Source: Cyanophora paradoxa CCMP329
Taxonomy: Eukaryota > Plantae > Glaucophyta
Length of the DNA stretch: 64,000 nt
Reading direction: 5' to 3'
Assembly: GCA_004431415.1 (NCBI GenBank)
Contig: QPMI01000090.1
Location: 95,560-159,559, forward strand
Below are positions 34,808 through 46,116 of this stretch, in pieces. The notes below the pieces were generated by a model. It searched no databases and had not been told where the DNA came from. It was given only the letters and a program-made list of their open reading frames with translations. How positions within the stretch are numbered: position 1 is the first letter of the stretch; each line of letters starts with the position of its first letter. Position numbers and translations under genes: made by a program.

Positions 34808-37417
34808 ATGAAGCGGTCGCGGGGCCAAGGGATGGTGAGTCGGCGCCCTTCTGTGCGACGCTCTGCACGCGTTGACTCTGCGCAGGAACCCCTCGCGGAG
34901 CGAGACCTGAATGCGCCGCCCGCACACGGCACCGCGAAGCAGCAGCCCCCTGTAAGGCGTTACAAGATTGGAGAGAGCCGGCTGCATGCCGCACGCTTGC
35001 GGGCTAGGACGCGGCGGGCGGCAGGCCAGGCGGCTGCAGCCGACCCGAGCACCCCGCAGCGCTCGTCCGGCCTTCCCGTGAGCGACGATGCAGCGGAAAC
35101 GCCGGGAACGGAGGCAAACGAGGTCGAGGCGAACGCCAGCCCCGCACAAGCTCCAGCTCCCGCACAAGCACTGAGCAGCAGCCCTGCTCAGGCGCCCACG
35201 CAGGCCACCAGCGCGCGTAGATCCAAAGCGAACGCAGAGCCCGAGCCCGAGCTTGTGCAGCAGAAGACGGAGGCGTGCAGAGAGCTGCCAGCGGGCGGGC
35301 CGCAGCCCTCGCCAGGGCGGACGCAGCCGGATCGTAGGCGGCACGCCATTCCACGGCGGCGTACGGGTGCCTCGGTGCGCTCGGAAGAATCCACGCCCGC
35401 TACTGGCGCTCAGACCCCTCGCGTCGCTCGGGCCGGCCTGGCTCCCGCGGAGCCAGGGCAGCATGCGTCGGATGCCGCGGCGGCTTCGTCCGCCGCGCCG
35501 CCCCCGCCGGCGTCAGGCTGCGAAGGCGCGGCGGTGCCGGTGGCCCTTGCCTCGCCTGCACGCCGTCCTCCAACCCTGCCATCCGGCGGGCCCGCGTCGA
35601 TTGCCCAGTCCCCTGCCCCCGCCTCCCAGCCCGCTACCCCCGCCAGCGGCCGGGCGCCTCCGCCCCCTGCCCGCCGCGCCGCGCCTCCCCCCGTTCCACC
35701 TCCGCCCCCCTCAGCATCCTCCGTCCCCGTCCCCGGCCCCTCCGCCTTCCCTCCCCCTCCTCCGCCTCCGCCTCCGCCGGCCCCGCTCGTCTCCTCCTCG
35801 TCCAACCCGCCACGTGTCCCCCCGCCCCTCATACCTTCTCTCCGGTCCCCCGCAGCGCCCTCTCGAACGACGGGCGAGACCGCTCGACCTCCCCCTCCCC
35901 CGCCGCCGTGTCCGGCCGCCCCGCCTGCCCCCGCCCCCTCCTCCGGCGGCCGCCGCCGGCGCTGGCCCTCCCTGCCCCACCGCCGCCGCCGGGCGCTTCT
36001 CGGCCTGCCGTCGCCGCGTTCCCGCCCCCGCCGCCCCCGCCCGGCTGCCCTGGCCCAGGCCGCCGCCGCTACCTCCGGTGCCCCTCCGCCACCCCACCGC
36101 ACGGCGCTGCCCCACTAGCCCTCCCGGAGTCCCGCCGCCGCCGCCGCCTCGGGCGCCCCGTGCGTCGCCCCTCCCCCAGCCAAGGTCCGCTCCGCCACCC
36201 GTCCACCGGCTCCTTCTCCACTCAAGCCGCGCCGCGCAGTCCGCCGTTCGCCGGCCCTCGTCGCCCTCATGCAGCGCCTCATGCGGGCGAAGCGCGAGGG
36301 CGGCGCCCCGGCCGCCTCGCCGGCCGTGCTGGCCGGCGCGGCGGGGGCGGGGCGGCGGCCCCCGCCGGGCCTTCGCGGCCCAGAAGGCGGCCGTGATTGA
36401 GGAGCTCAAGCGCAGGCGCGCCAGCGCCCGAACTCAGCGGGGGTGCGCCGGCTGAGCGGGGCGGGGCGCGCAGGTCGAAGCACCTGGCGCGCGTGCAGCG
36501 GGAGGCGGAGGAGCACGGCCCGCGGCTGCGCGCCCTCGCCGCCGCGGTCGCCGCCTTCTCCTGCCGCGACGAGGCGGCCCTGCTCGCCTTCCACAGGTCC
36601 GCCCCGCCCCCTCCTGCGGGGCGCGGGGCCGCCGGCGACGCCTCCCGCGCAGGGAGGTGGAGGCGGCGCTGGCGCCGCTGGAGGACGAGGCGCGGACGGC
36701 CGCCCTCTGCTGCCCCGAGGCGCGTGGCCCGCCCAGAAGCTCGCCGACATCCGCGGCGCCGCCTCCCGGCGAGCCCCCGCACGCCCAGCGCCCCTGCTTC
36801 GATGCCGCCGCTGACGCGGGGGCAGGACGCTCGGGCTGCGGGAGCTCATCGCCCGCGTCGAGGCCTGGAGCGCCGAGGCGGGGGGCCCCGCGGGGGCCCG
36901 CCCTCCCCCGCCGACGAGCAGGTCGCTGCCGCGGCGCGGGCGCGGCGGGGAGGGCCTCTGAGCGGGGCGGGCGGGGCAGGTGGCGCGGGCGGCGGCGTGC
37001 TTCGACGCGGCGAAGCGGCAGCTCGAGGCCGCGAGCGCTCCCGCGACGAGGAGCTCAGGCGGTGCGCCTCTCCGGCCGGCCCCGGCGCCGGCGTGCCCCG
37101 GGGCCGGCGGCTGAGGGGGGCGGGCGGGCAGGTTCAAGGCGAGCGGGCTCCACTTCGACGCGGGGCTCTTCACGCGGGCCAAGCACGCCGCCATCCGCCC
37201 CGCTGAGGCGGCCGTGCGGGCGGCCGTGGCCGAGGGGCGGCGGGCGCGCGAGGCGGCGGCGACGGCGGCGCGGCGGAAGGCGGCGGGGGCGACGCTCTTC
37301 AGGGCCCTCGCGCTGGCGCAGCGGGCGTACGTGCTCGCCGGCGGGGCCGACGGGCGGCTCGAGGCGGCCGTCTCCGAGCTCGCCGAGCTCCTCGGCGACG
37401 CGCAGGCCTGGCTCTAG
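34808..37417 (+). CDS. CHUP1/IPGA1-like protein: disordered N-terminus, polyproline (FH1-like) region, CHUP1 C-terminal domain
   Basis: VIEELKRRSKHLARVQREAEEHG..LRALAAAV...DEAALLAFHREVEAALAPLEDE...WPAQKLADIRGAA, SRDEELRRFKASGLHFD and LFRALALAQRAYVLAGGAD match, in order, the CHUP1-C motifs as I recall them (IxEIxNRS, DLLAFV..LDEELxxLVDE, WPExKxDALREAA, RDxxxxRYKEFGIPVD, RFAFRVHQFAGGFD). Multiple poly-Pro tracts lie at ~35480-36200. Confidence 0.82.
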
Positions 37418-37592
37418 AGGCAGCGCGCGCCAACCTCTCACCGCGTCGTACGCATTCGACACATTCATCGCACGCTCTACAGGGGCGCGGGGCAGGGGTC
37501 CCGGCGCCGGGGAAGAAGGTTCGGGAAGGAACGGGGCCGGGGAGGGCGGCATCGGAGAAGGGGCCGGGAGGGGTGCGCCAGGCGGGCGGGGT

Positions 37593-38565
37593 TTAGAGGT
37601 CGATGGCGGCCTCGTCGACGGCGGAGGCGTCGTGCTCCTCGTCGGCCTCGACGAAGGCGCCGGTCTCGAAGTGGGCCGCGAAGACGTCGTCGCCGAGCGC
37701 CGCCGCCTCGAGCTCCAGCAGCGACTGCTCGTCCGCGTCCACGCGGTTCGACGGGATCGCGTCCGAGCGCCCGCACGCCCCCGCCGCCTTGGCGAAGAGC
37801 TCCGTCAGCTGCACGCCCCGCCCGCGTCAGTCGCCGCCACACGGACGCCGGCTGGGGCGGGAGCGGCCGGACCCCCTTCGACTTGGCGATGATGTCGTCG
37901 CAGAAGCCTACGGCGCGGGCGGATCAGACGGGGGGCCGCTAGTGAGCTCTCCGGCGCAGCGCGGGCGAGCGGCTTCGCAGGGTTCCGGAAGCGGGCACGG
38001 GTAGCTCACCGCGGTCCTCCTTCTCGGTCTTGCAGTCCTGGAGTTTCTGCGGAAAACACGTAAGGGCCAGCTGCACCACGGCGTGGGGCCGGCAAGGCAG
38101 CTCACAGAGACGAGGTCGTCGGGAATCGTCTGGCAGAACTGCTCGAACGCCTGCTGCATCTCTGCGCGGTGACACGTGCCATGAGCGCAAAGGAGCAAAA
38201 GAAAAGCCGGTGGCGGCGGGGGCCGGCAGGCGGGGGCCGGCGGACCGTGGAACTCGCGGGCATTGCAGCGGTTCCCGTTCTGGTCGGCGACCTCCAACGG
38301 CAGGTCCATCTTGAAAACGTAGCTCTGGCCGGCCGGCAGGAGCGCCCCGACCGCGTCCGGGTAGACGCGGGCGAAGCAACTGACACGGGCGCCGTTAGAC
38401 CCCGCACTGCGAGCTGGGGGCGGAGCAGAAGCTAGCGCACTTCGGAATATGGAAGGCGTTGTCCTCGCCGTCGAAGCGCTTCACAGCGCGGCCGAGGTCG
38501 CGGTTGGTGGTCATCTGGCACTCCACACCATCCATCCCGCACTGGAGCATCGGCACGCCCGACAT
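37593..38565 (-). CDS. Hypothetical protein with acidic C-terminus
   Basis: Phase-consistent GT-AG spliced exons run from MSGVPMLQCG... through ...EMQQAFEQFCQTIPDDLVS|KLQDCKTEKEDR... to ...VDEAAIDL*. No recognisable domain. Confidence 0.6.
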
Positions 38566-38644
38566 CTTTGCTTCGAACCGGCTGTTAAGACGATCTACCG
38601 CTTCCTGCCGAACTGAAGCACTCGCGCTCCTGTACCCCCTCTAG
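38566..38644. promoter_or_regulatory. Putative bidirectional promoter between hypothetical gene and STN7-like kinase
   Basis: 79 bp between the divergent ATGs. Confidence 0.45.
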
Positions 38645-41186
38645 ATGGAGCAGCTTTGCTTCCTGGGACCCGCGGCGCTGCCCGGTACGCTTCGTAGCCT
38701 CTCCAGCTCGACTTCGGATGCGTTTCAACAGACGCCGCTGGCCCGGCGCGGTTGTGCACAAACCACGCGCAACCCAGCACGGCGGCTGCACGTACGCTGT
38801 CCAGGAGGTCGCGTATTCTGTGCCAGCAGCGAGCCAGCGAAACAGCCAGACACGCCGCCCGCTCCCGTGAGGCGGCCCTTAGCCGCCGCCGGGAGGGCCT
38901 CATCGACGCTGCCGAGGGCACCGCCGGTACATTGGCCCTGCTTTCCGGCCCCTCCGGCCCGTCGACGGCCTTGGAAGAGAATCCGCGCCGCTGACCCGAC
39001 TGCAATCTCGCAGCCGCGCATGCTCAAAGCGGAGTGGATCAAGTACGACGACAGCCCGCCGCTCGGCGAGGGCTCCTACGGAACCGTGCGGAAAGCGCTG
39101 CTGGTGCGCAGGCGCCGCGTACGCGCAACCGCCGCCGCCTCCGAGAACACGCGCGCGGCGTCGCCAGGCCGACCCCGAGGGCGGGCCGCGCGCCGTCGTC
39201 GTGAAGGAGACGAAGGAGGACGAGCGATCCGTCGAGGTGCGCCCCGCCCCGCGCCCGCCACGCGGGGCGCCGCAGCGCGCACCTCACCCGCACCTCCCTC
39301 CCGCTCGCCCCCCGCGCTGCCGCAGTACGGAGAGGTCGAGGGTGCGCCCCTGGCCTCCCTCTCTTTCGATCCGCGCCGGCGAGATGCGCCCTCGCAGTGT
39401 ACATGAACAAGAAGCTGTGCCAGGAGTGCAGCGAGCACATGGTGCGCCGCTCCCCGTCGCGCCGCGCCGCCGTCGCACCCCGACTCACGGCGCACCGCGC
39501 CGCAGGCCACATTCATCGGCCACTTCAGGCGAGGCTCTCTTCACGCCGCTCGCCGCACCCCGCCCGCCGGCCCGGTGACCCCGCGGCGGCAGGAGGCACA
39601 TCCCCCACCAGGCGGGCGCCGACCTGCCCCTGGGGACAGCTCCGAGCGGGCAGGCGCGCCCCCTCGCATCGCCGCCGCCGCCCCGCCGCCGCCGCCCCCT
39701 GACCCTCGCCCCAGACCGTCGGCCTCGTCTGGGAGCAGGAGGCGACCGAGTGCGGCCCCCGCGCCCCTCCCCTTGGCTGTACCCCCGCCCGACCTGCCTC
39801 GCCGCGCCCCCCAGGACGCTGAGGGACTACATCGAGCGGCCCGGGGGCCTCGGTGGGCAGGATTACCCCCAATCCAGCGAGCGCGTCTCATCGCGTACCC
39901 CCTCTCCCGTTTGCAGCCGAGCTCGAGAAGCTCCTGCTCGGCCCGCAGGTGGAGGAGGTGGGCGGCCTTCCCCCGCGTACCCCCCGTACCCTCTCCCACC
40001 CCCCTGACGGGCCCCCCGGGCAGTGGAGCGAGGAGGAGCGCCTCGCGCGGCTCCTGAAGGAGGCCGGCGCCCCTCGCCCTCGCGCCCCGCCGCCCGCCCC
40101 CCGCCCCTCACGCCCCGCCCCGCAGGTCGCCCAGCGGCTGATGGCGGCCCTCGCGGCCTTTCACGAGCTCGACATCGTCCACCGCGGTGCGCCCCGGTCG
40201 CCGGCGCGGGGCGCGGGGCGGCGGCGCGGCCGACGGGGCGTCTGCTTGCTGGGCGGGCAGACGTGAAGCCGGGGAACGTGCTCGTGCTGCCCGACTCGAG
40301 CTTCCGCTTCATCGACTTCGGCTGCTCCGCCGTGCGCCGCCCCCCCCGCCCCGCCCCGCGCCGGCCTGTGACGCGGGGCAGGACATGGCGACGTATGTCG
40401 GCTACGACCCCAAGAAGATGCGCCCGCCCCGCGCCCGCCCCGCGCCCGCCCCGCCGCCCCCGGCCGCCTCTTACCCCGGGGTGGGCGGGCACGGCCCCGG
40501 GGCGCCTGCGTACCGGGCCCCCGAGGAGTTCGTCTCGACCTGGTTTCCCGACCGCTTCGACACGTACAACGTCGGCGTGCGCCCCCGCCCCGCCCGCCCG
40601 CCCGCAGCCGGCCTCGAGCGCCCGCCGGCCCGCCTCCGACGCGGGCGCCGCCCTTCACGCGCGGGGGCGCAGGTGGTAATGCTGCAGCTGGCGTTCCGGC
40701 ACCTGCGGGGCGAGGCGGCGCTGCTCGCCCTCGCCGACGAGCTCCGCGCCGCCGGCTGGGACCTCGCGCGCCCCCGCCCCGCCCCCGGCCCGGCCCTCCC
40801 GCCCGGCGTGACGCGGGGGCGGGGCACAGGACAAGTGGCTGCAGGGGCAGCTGCTGCACGGGAGCGCCGAGCGGCTCCGCGCCGGCCTCGCCGTCCTCAA
40901 CCGCGACGAGGCGCCCCGCCCCGCCCGCCCCGCCCCGCCCCGCCGCCCTCCGCGCCCACCCGGCGCGGCGCCCGCAGGCGGCGGCGTGGGACCTGCTGCG
41001 GCGGCTCATCACGCGGTACCCCCGCAACCGCATCTCCGCCGCCGCCGCCCTCGCCGAGCACCGGTGCGGGGCCCGCCGCCTCTCTCGAGGTCGCGCCGGT
41101 GATCATGAGCCTCGGGCCCTCTCAGGTACCTCCGCGGGGGCGCCAAGCTCGGCCCCTTCTCCTTCCTCGGCTGGGGCCGCAAGTGA
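38645..41186 (+). CDS. STN7/STN8 (Stt7)-family Ser/Thr protein kinase, probable plastid presequence
   Basis: Kinase motifs LGEGSYGTV, VVVK, HRDVKPGNVL, IDFGCSA and YRAPEEF. Family-typical segments EVYMN, PDRFDTYNVGVVMLQLAFRHLR, GLAVL...AWDLLRRL and RISAAAAL. The N-terminus is Ser/Arg/Ala-rich with an early Phe. Confidence 0.8.
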
Positions 41187-41580
41187 GCGGTGTCAGAGTA
41201 GACTTACTCATGATCACCGCTAGCATCGCAATCGCGGTTCGCAAATCAGCCCTATGCCCGAGCACGCGGATGCGCGCCTTTGGACCCAGATTCCCGCCAA
41301 CGAGGGTGGGGCTTGGCCGGCGCCGGAGTCCGACGGTCTGCATACGTGCAGGGCATCTAGACCTAGATCTGGAGCGGTTGGTCGACCGCGGGGCCGAGTT
41401 GGAGGCTAGCGCTGGAACGTACGCGTCACGGGGTATATCTGCGTATTCGAAGCGAAGTTGGCGAGTGGCCTCGAATTCGAAGGCCCCCGTGTCGACGTCT
41501 CAAGAGCGCTGCATGCATATGGCGGTAGCTATAGCTACCCTAGGCCTTAAGCGCTAGCTATAGTTAGATTGGCATGGGTT

Positions 41581-42008
41581 TCAGGCCCCGCGGCGGACCG
41601 CCGAACCAGAGCTCCACAGCTCCGTCGGACAGGGAATCCGGAAGAAGATCGCCGGCGGTGCACGTGGCACCGGCAGCGCTACAGCGGCAATCCGACGGGG
41701 CGCCCCTGGGGGCGCCCCGCAAACATGCCCTCGACGGCGGCGACCGCCGCCGTGTATTGTTGCGAATCCGCCGACCTCCCGAGAGCTCCTGCCGAGAGCT
41801 GCACGAACGCGCTGACCTCGGGCCGCATGCCCCGCAGGATCTGCACGCGGGGAATGGTTCAGCGCGGGGGAGCGAGGAGGAGGGGAGGGGGGGGGAGGGG
41901 GGGGGGGGGGGGGGGGGGGGCGGGGGCGGAGGGGCGGGGCGGGGGTGGGGGTGGGGTGGGGTGGGGGTTGGGGTGTGGGGTTGGGGTGTGTGTGTGTTGT
42001 GTGTGTGT

Positions 42009-42039
<31 letters not shown>

Positions 42040-44890
42040 CGGGGGGGCGGGACCCTTCGAGCTGTGCACCTCGTGGGGGCGGGGGGAGAACGGGTGCGAG
42101 AAGGTCGAGCAGAGGCTGAGGTAGCAGAGGGCCGGCATCGCCACGATCGCCTCCGCGGCGGCCTCGGAGAGGGGACAGTCCATCTGCAGGTTCAGCTCCA
42201 CCAGGGCGCGCCGCGCGCTCGCGCTCCCCAGCAGGGCGGCCACGCCCTCCGCGCTAGTGCGGCTGCCTGCGAAGCCACGGTCAACGGGATATGAGCGCGG
42301 GCCGACCGGGTCGAGCGCGCAGGCGGGGCGTACTGCTCAGCTCTAGCCTGAGCTTGGACAGACGGGCAAGGTTGGAGATTGCCTCCGCCAGGGTGGGCAC
42401 GGACGCTGGCTCGAGGGCCGTGACGGTCACGTGCAGATCCGTCAAGGCTCGCTGGGCGGCGGGGCTGGCGAGGAAGGCCGCCAAATGCTCGGACTTTATG
42501 TGCGCATCTGCGCGAGGAGAGTGCGATGAGAGGACGCGCAAACGAGCGGGCCGCGGCCGAAAAGCAGGCCCGCTGGGCCAGGTCTGGCTCACATCGCATC
42601 TGCAGCTGAAGCTTCTCCAGGCGGTGGAGGGCGGAGAGCGCCTCCCCAAGGGCGCGCACGAGGGTTTCGGTTCGGGCCGAGGCGGCGGTATGATCATGAG
42701 AGTCGTATTCGAACGGAACGCATACAAACATCTCCCGCAGGTTCGCAATGCGGCTGAGGGCCAGGACGGCCGGTAGCGTCAAACGATCTGTGTTGAACTA
42801 CGTACAGGTATACGTATATACCATGGCGCGCATCAGCTGTGGATCGTATGCATTTAACTTTAGTAAAGCCAGGGGCGGACCATCAGAGGGTCGACGCGCT
42901 CGAGGCGCGGCATGCGGGCCAGCGCGCGGACCGCGGCGTCGGTGAAATGGATGGAAAGCATGGAGATGAAGCGCGGCATCGGCGAGTCGGCTTCCACAGA
43001 TGGCGTCGGGAACATTCCGCCTCTGCAGCAAACAGATAGCATTAAAATATATTCGACGCAGTAGATAGACGTACGCTTGCGAGCGCGTGCAGACACGAAC
43101 AGACTCACTTGAAGATTTTCATTTCGTTGGCGAAGACGATGCTGCGAAGGCTCTTGCCAGCGGGGCCGTCTGCGAGCGCAGCCAGGCCGTCGGTGACATC
43201 GTACTCTCCGTGGTCGACGACTGCGAATAGCTCCTGGAGGTGGGCCAGGGACGCAAGACCCGCCAGCTCCGACGGCCTGGCCAGGCACAGGCAGACGCGG
43301 CGAAGGAGGGGGCAGGCGGCTGCGATGGCTGCCGCAGTCTCCGCACAGACGCCCGTGTCGCACGCGTCGAAGAAGAGCGAGAGCGAACGCAGCTTGCCAA
43401 AGGGGGCCAGGGCCTCCTGCAGGTCGGCGGGATGCGGCCACTGCAACCTCTCCTCTGGCAGCAAACGCCCTCCGCTGACCAGGCCGATGTGCAGACCCTC
43501 CAGAGCGCTTCCCGCCCCTCGCGATCGCGGCGGCGCCAGCGCCCCCAGCACCTCGAGCAGGTAGCGGCACAGGAGCTCCTCGTCGACTTCGTAGCCCAAA
43601 TCCTCGCCATCGTGCTCCTCCTCCTCGTCCTCGCCCTCGTCGTCGTCGCCCTCGTCGTCGTCGTCCTCCTCCTCGTCGTCGTCGTCTGCTCCGAGAAGCT
43701 CGACGATCACCTCCTTCGGCTGCACCGGGCCGCGGTGGAGACGAGTGATCATCCGGAGAAGGCCGCACGCCGCTTCCGCTGTGCGCCAGTGGCTCTTCTC
43801 CGCGAAACGACAGGAGCGAGCCGGCCTTAGACAGACGCTGGCACCGCTGCTGAGCCGGAGCTTCCGCTGCCGGACGAGCGTCGCCACTGCATCAAGCGGT
43901 CCTTTGCTGCCCTCCGTGGGCCCCGCTTCGCGTGCTGCGGCCTCTGACGTGTCGTCCTTGAGGCGCAGCTCGAAGCTCGCCCACTCCGTCTCATGCACTA
44001 TCTGCCGCCACCGCCTGCGAGCCAAACGATGAGCAGCGAAGAGCAGATCTAGAGACCACAACCACCAAGCAACACGGACCTGCACACGCGGCGCAGGGGC
44101 CAGCTTGCCTGCACTCCGAGCATCTTGAAAACGTCACTGATCACTGCGTCCGGGATGGCATCGAACGGCCCCGACGCTTGCGTGGGCACTGCAGCTGTTG
44201 CTGAGCTCGAGGAGAACGACTGCGCATGCGCGGCACTCGCATTCAATATGTGGCGACGTCGCGCACGCCAAGCGAGCCTGCCTGGCCATGGCGGAGGCTA
44301 TGTTGCTGGGCTCTAGATCTCACCGTTGTCTGTGGCGGAGAAGCGCCGAACTGGAAGACACCCGCCTGCAAGGCGGCTGTCAGACCAAAGGTCGCAGGAC
44401 GCTTCGAATTTCGTGCTCACCGGCAGCGGCGGAAAAGCCGTCCATGAGGGCGTTGCAGCGCCAAATTGGAAGGCATCTGCCTGCAGCTGCAGGGCTGCTG
44501 TCGGCAAAATCAGCGCTAAGCGCGGGCGCTTCATTCTCACCGGCGGCAGAGGAACGGTTGGCCACGGGGGCATTGAGGTTGCAGCCCCAAATTTAAAGGG
44601 GCCCGACTGCAACCCGGCTGGGCCTGCAGCTGCCTGCAGCACGGCTACCGGTAAGATTCATGATTGCCACGATCGCGACGTATGCGACATGGGACGCTCA
44701 CCATCGGAGGCGGATGCGGAGGAGCCATGCAGGGCGAGAACGGCGCCTGCAGTGCGGCCGGCCATGGGCCTGCAGCTGCATCATGGGTCTGCAGCATCGC
44801 ACGGCCCGCGGTCGTCAGCCGGGCAAGATCGGCCTGCATGTACGGCGCTGGCGCTGGGCCCTCACCATTTGCTGTTGATGAGCTTGCCAT
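41581..44890 (-). CDS. F-box protein with RNI-like leucine-rich repeats and N-terminal FxFG-repeat exons
   Basis: F-box PFDAIPDAVISDVFKML...LRRVC|RRWRQIV. LRR-like segments FGKLRSLSL, ACPLLRRVCL, LHRLEKLQL, LARLSKLRL and MPALCYLSL. Upstream phase-0 exons connect back to the ATG at 44890. Confidence 0.78.
41881..42050. repeat. Poly-G / (GT)n low-complexity tract in an F-box gene intron
   Basis: Long G runs interleaved with GGGGT and GT repeats. Confidence 0.85.
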
Positions 44891-46066
44891 GCATTAATAT
44901 TTGGGGTCATTGTAGTTGCCTGCGAATTTGAAGTGACCGTTAGCTGCATTTCCACTACAACTGCCGTTCGTTCGGCTATAGCTTTATAATTGACGCACCT
45001 CCGGCGCCGCAGAGTTGTTCGTGTTGCTGAGAGCAAGATGAGCGCTCGATTGCGATGGAAACATCTGTGTTCATGTTGAACAAAAATCAAAATTAAAGCA
45101 CGCGGGTCGCGTGCGGTTCAGAGCGCCAAAACAAGCTCAAACCTCATTCGATTTCTCAGTATACGTAGGCCCCATATGCATTGTCATCACAGGTTCGCCG
45201 AGAGCCGGCAGCTGTCGCAGCGCGGGGCGAAAGTCATAATGTACATGTGTCACGTGCACGCCTTAAAGCTTTTAAATTACGTAGTCGTCGGAAGGCGCTG
45301 CACGGCAACGCGTACGCACCTATAGCTACCGGCTACCGATATCGATATATATCGATCGCGGATCCTCGGAGCGACTTGCAGCTGCCAGGCTGCAGCTGCA
45401 GCTGAACTTCCGGCGTGCGCAGCCCAGCTTCCGGCTGCGGGCATGCGCAGCTGCAGCCGACGTCGACCGCGGCCGCGCGCGGCCGTGTGAACGCGCAGCC
45501 TCTATCCGATCGCGAGATCCGAGCTATCGTTCATGATCAGTCAGCAGCTGCAGAACGGTAACGTTAACGCGCGATTGGCGGCGAGTTCACGCACGGCGGC
45601 AGCTGCAGGCCTAGGCTGACCATGATCATGAACGCTGAACCAGCGATCACGCGTACGAGCCAAGGCGTCAGGCGGGCTAATGGCTTCAACGTGCACCGAT
45701 AAGCTTGCTTCGATACAGCGGTTCGATAATCAGCGTTTCGGCGGGCACTGTTTGCGCATGCCAGATCTAGACGCCCTAGGCTGCGCACAGAGAGCCGAGC
45801 AGGGCCGCAGAGAGCTGGAGCTCGTCACGATCGCAGTTATAGGCCCGACTCGGCTGTCCGAGACAGTCCAGGATTCGGCAATCGTACCCCGGCGCCGACC
45901 ACACGCCAGAGCTAAGTGTTAAGAGCCAGCCAGCGCTCAACTTCGAATTCGCGCCTGATAGAATCACCCGCGATGAGAATCAAGGCTGGCGCGATCTGAT
46001 CACGTGCGCTCAGCTTCGGGCTCGTTCGACGGTCCGCGCGCGCTCGTCCGCCGTTCGGAGCGTCCT

Positions 46067-46116
46067 CGGCAGTTGCGGCAGTTACGGCAGTTGCGCGGCA
46101 GTTACGACGGCAGTAC
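46067..46116. repeat. Short degenerate 9-nt tandem repeat (CGGCAGTTR)n
   Basis: cggcagttg cggcagtta cggcagttg cg cggcagtta cga cggcagta. Confidence 0.8.

Noticed and set aside
41881-42050. GGGGTT/GGGGT-like units as interstitial telomeric repeat
   Set aside because: The units are irregular and embedded in poly-G/(GT)n inside an intron; this is simple low complexity.
46067-46116. Short repeat array as CRISPR
   Set aside because: The 9-nt units have no unique spacers, there are no cas genes, and the context is eukaryotic.
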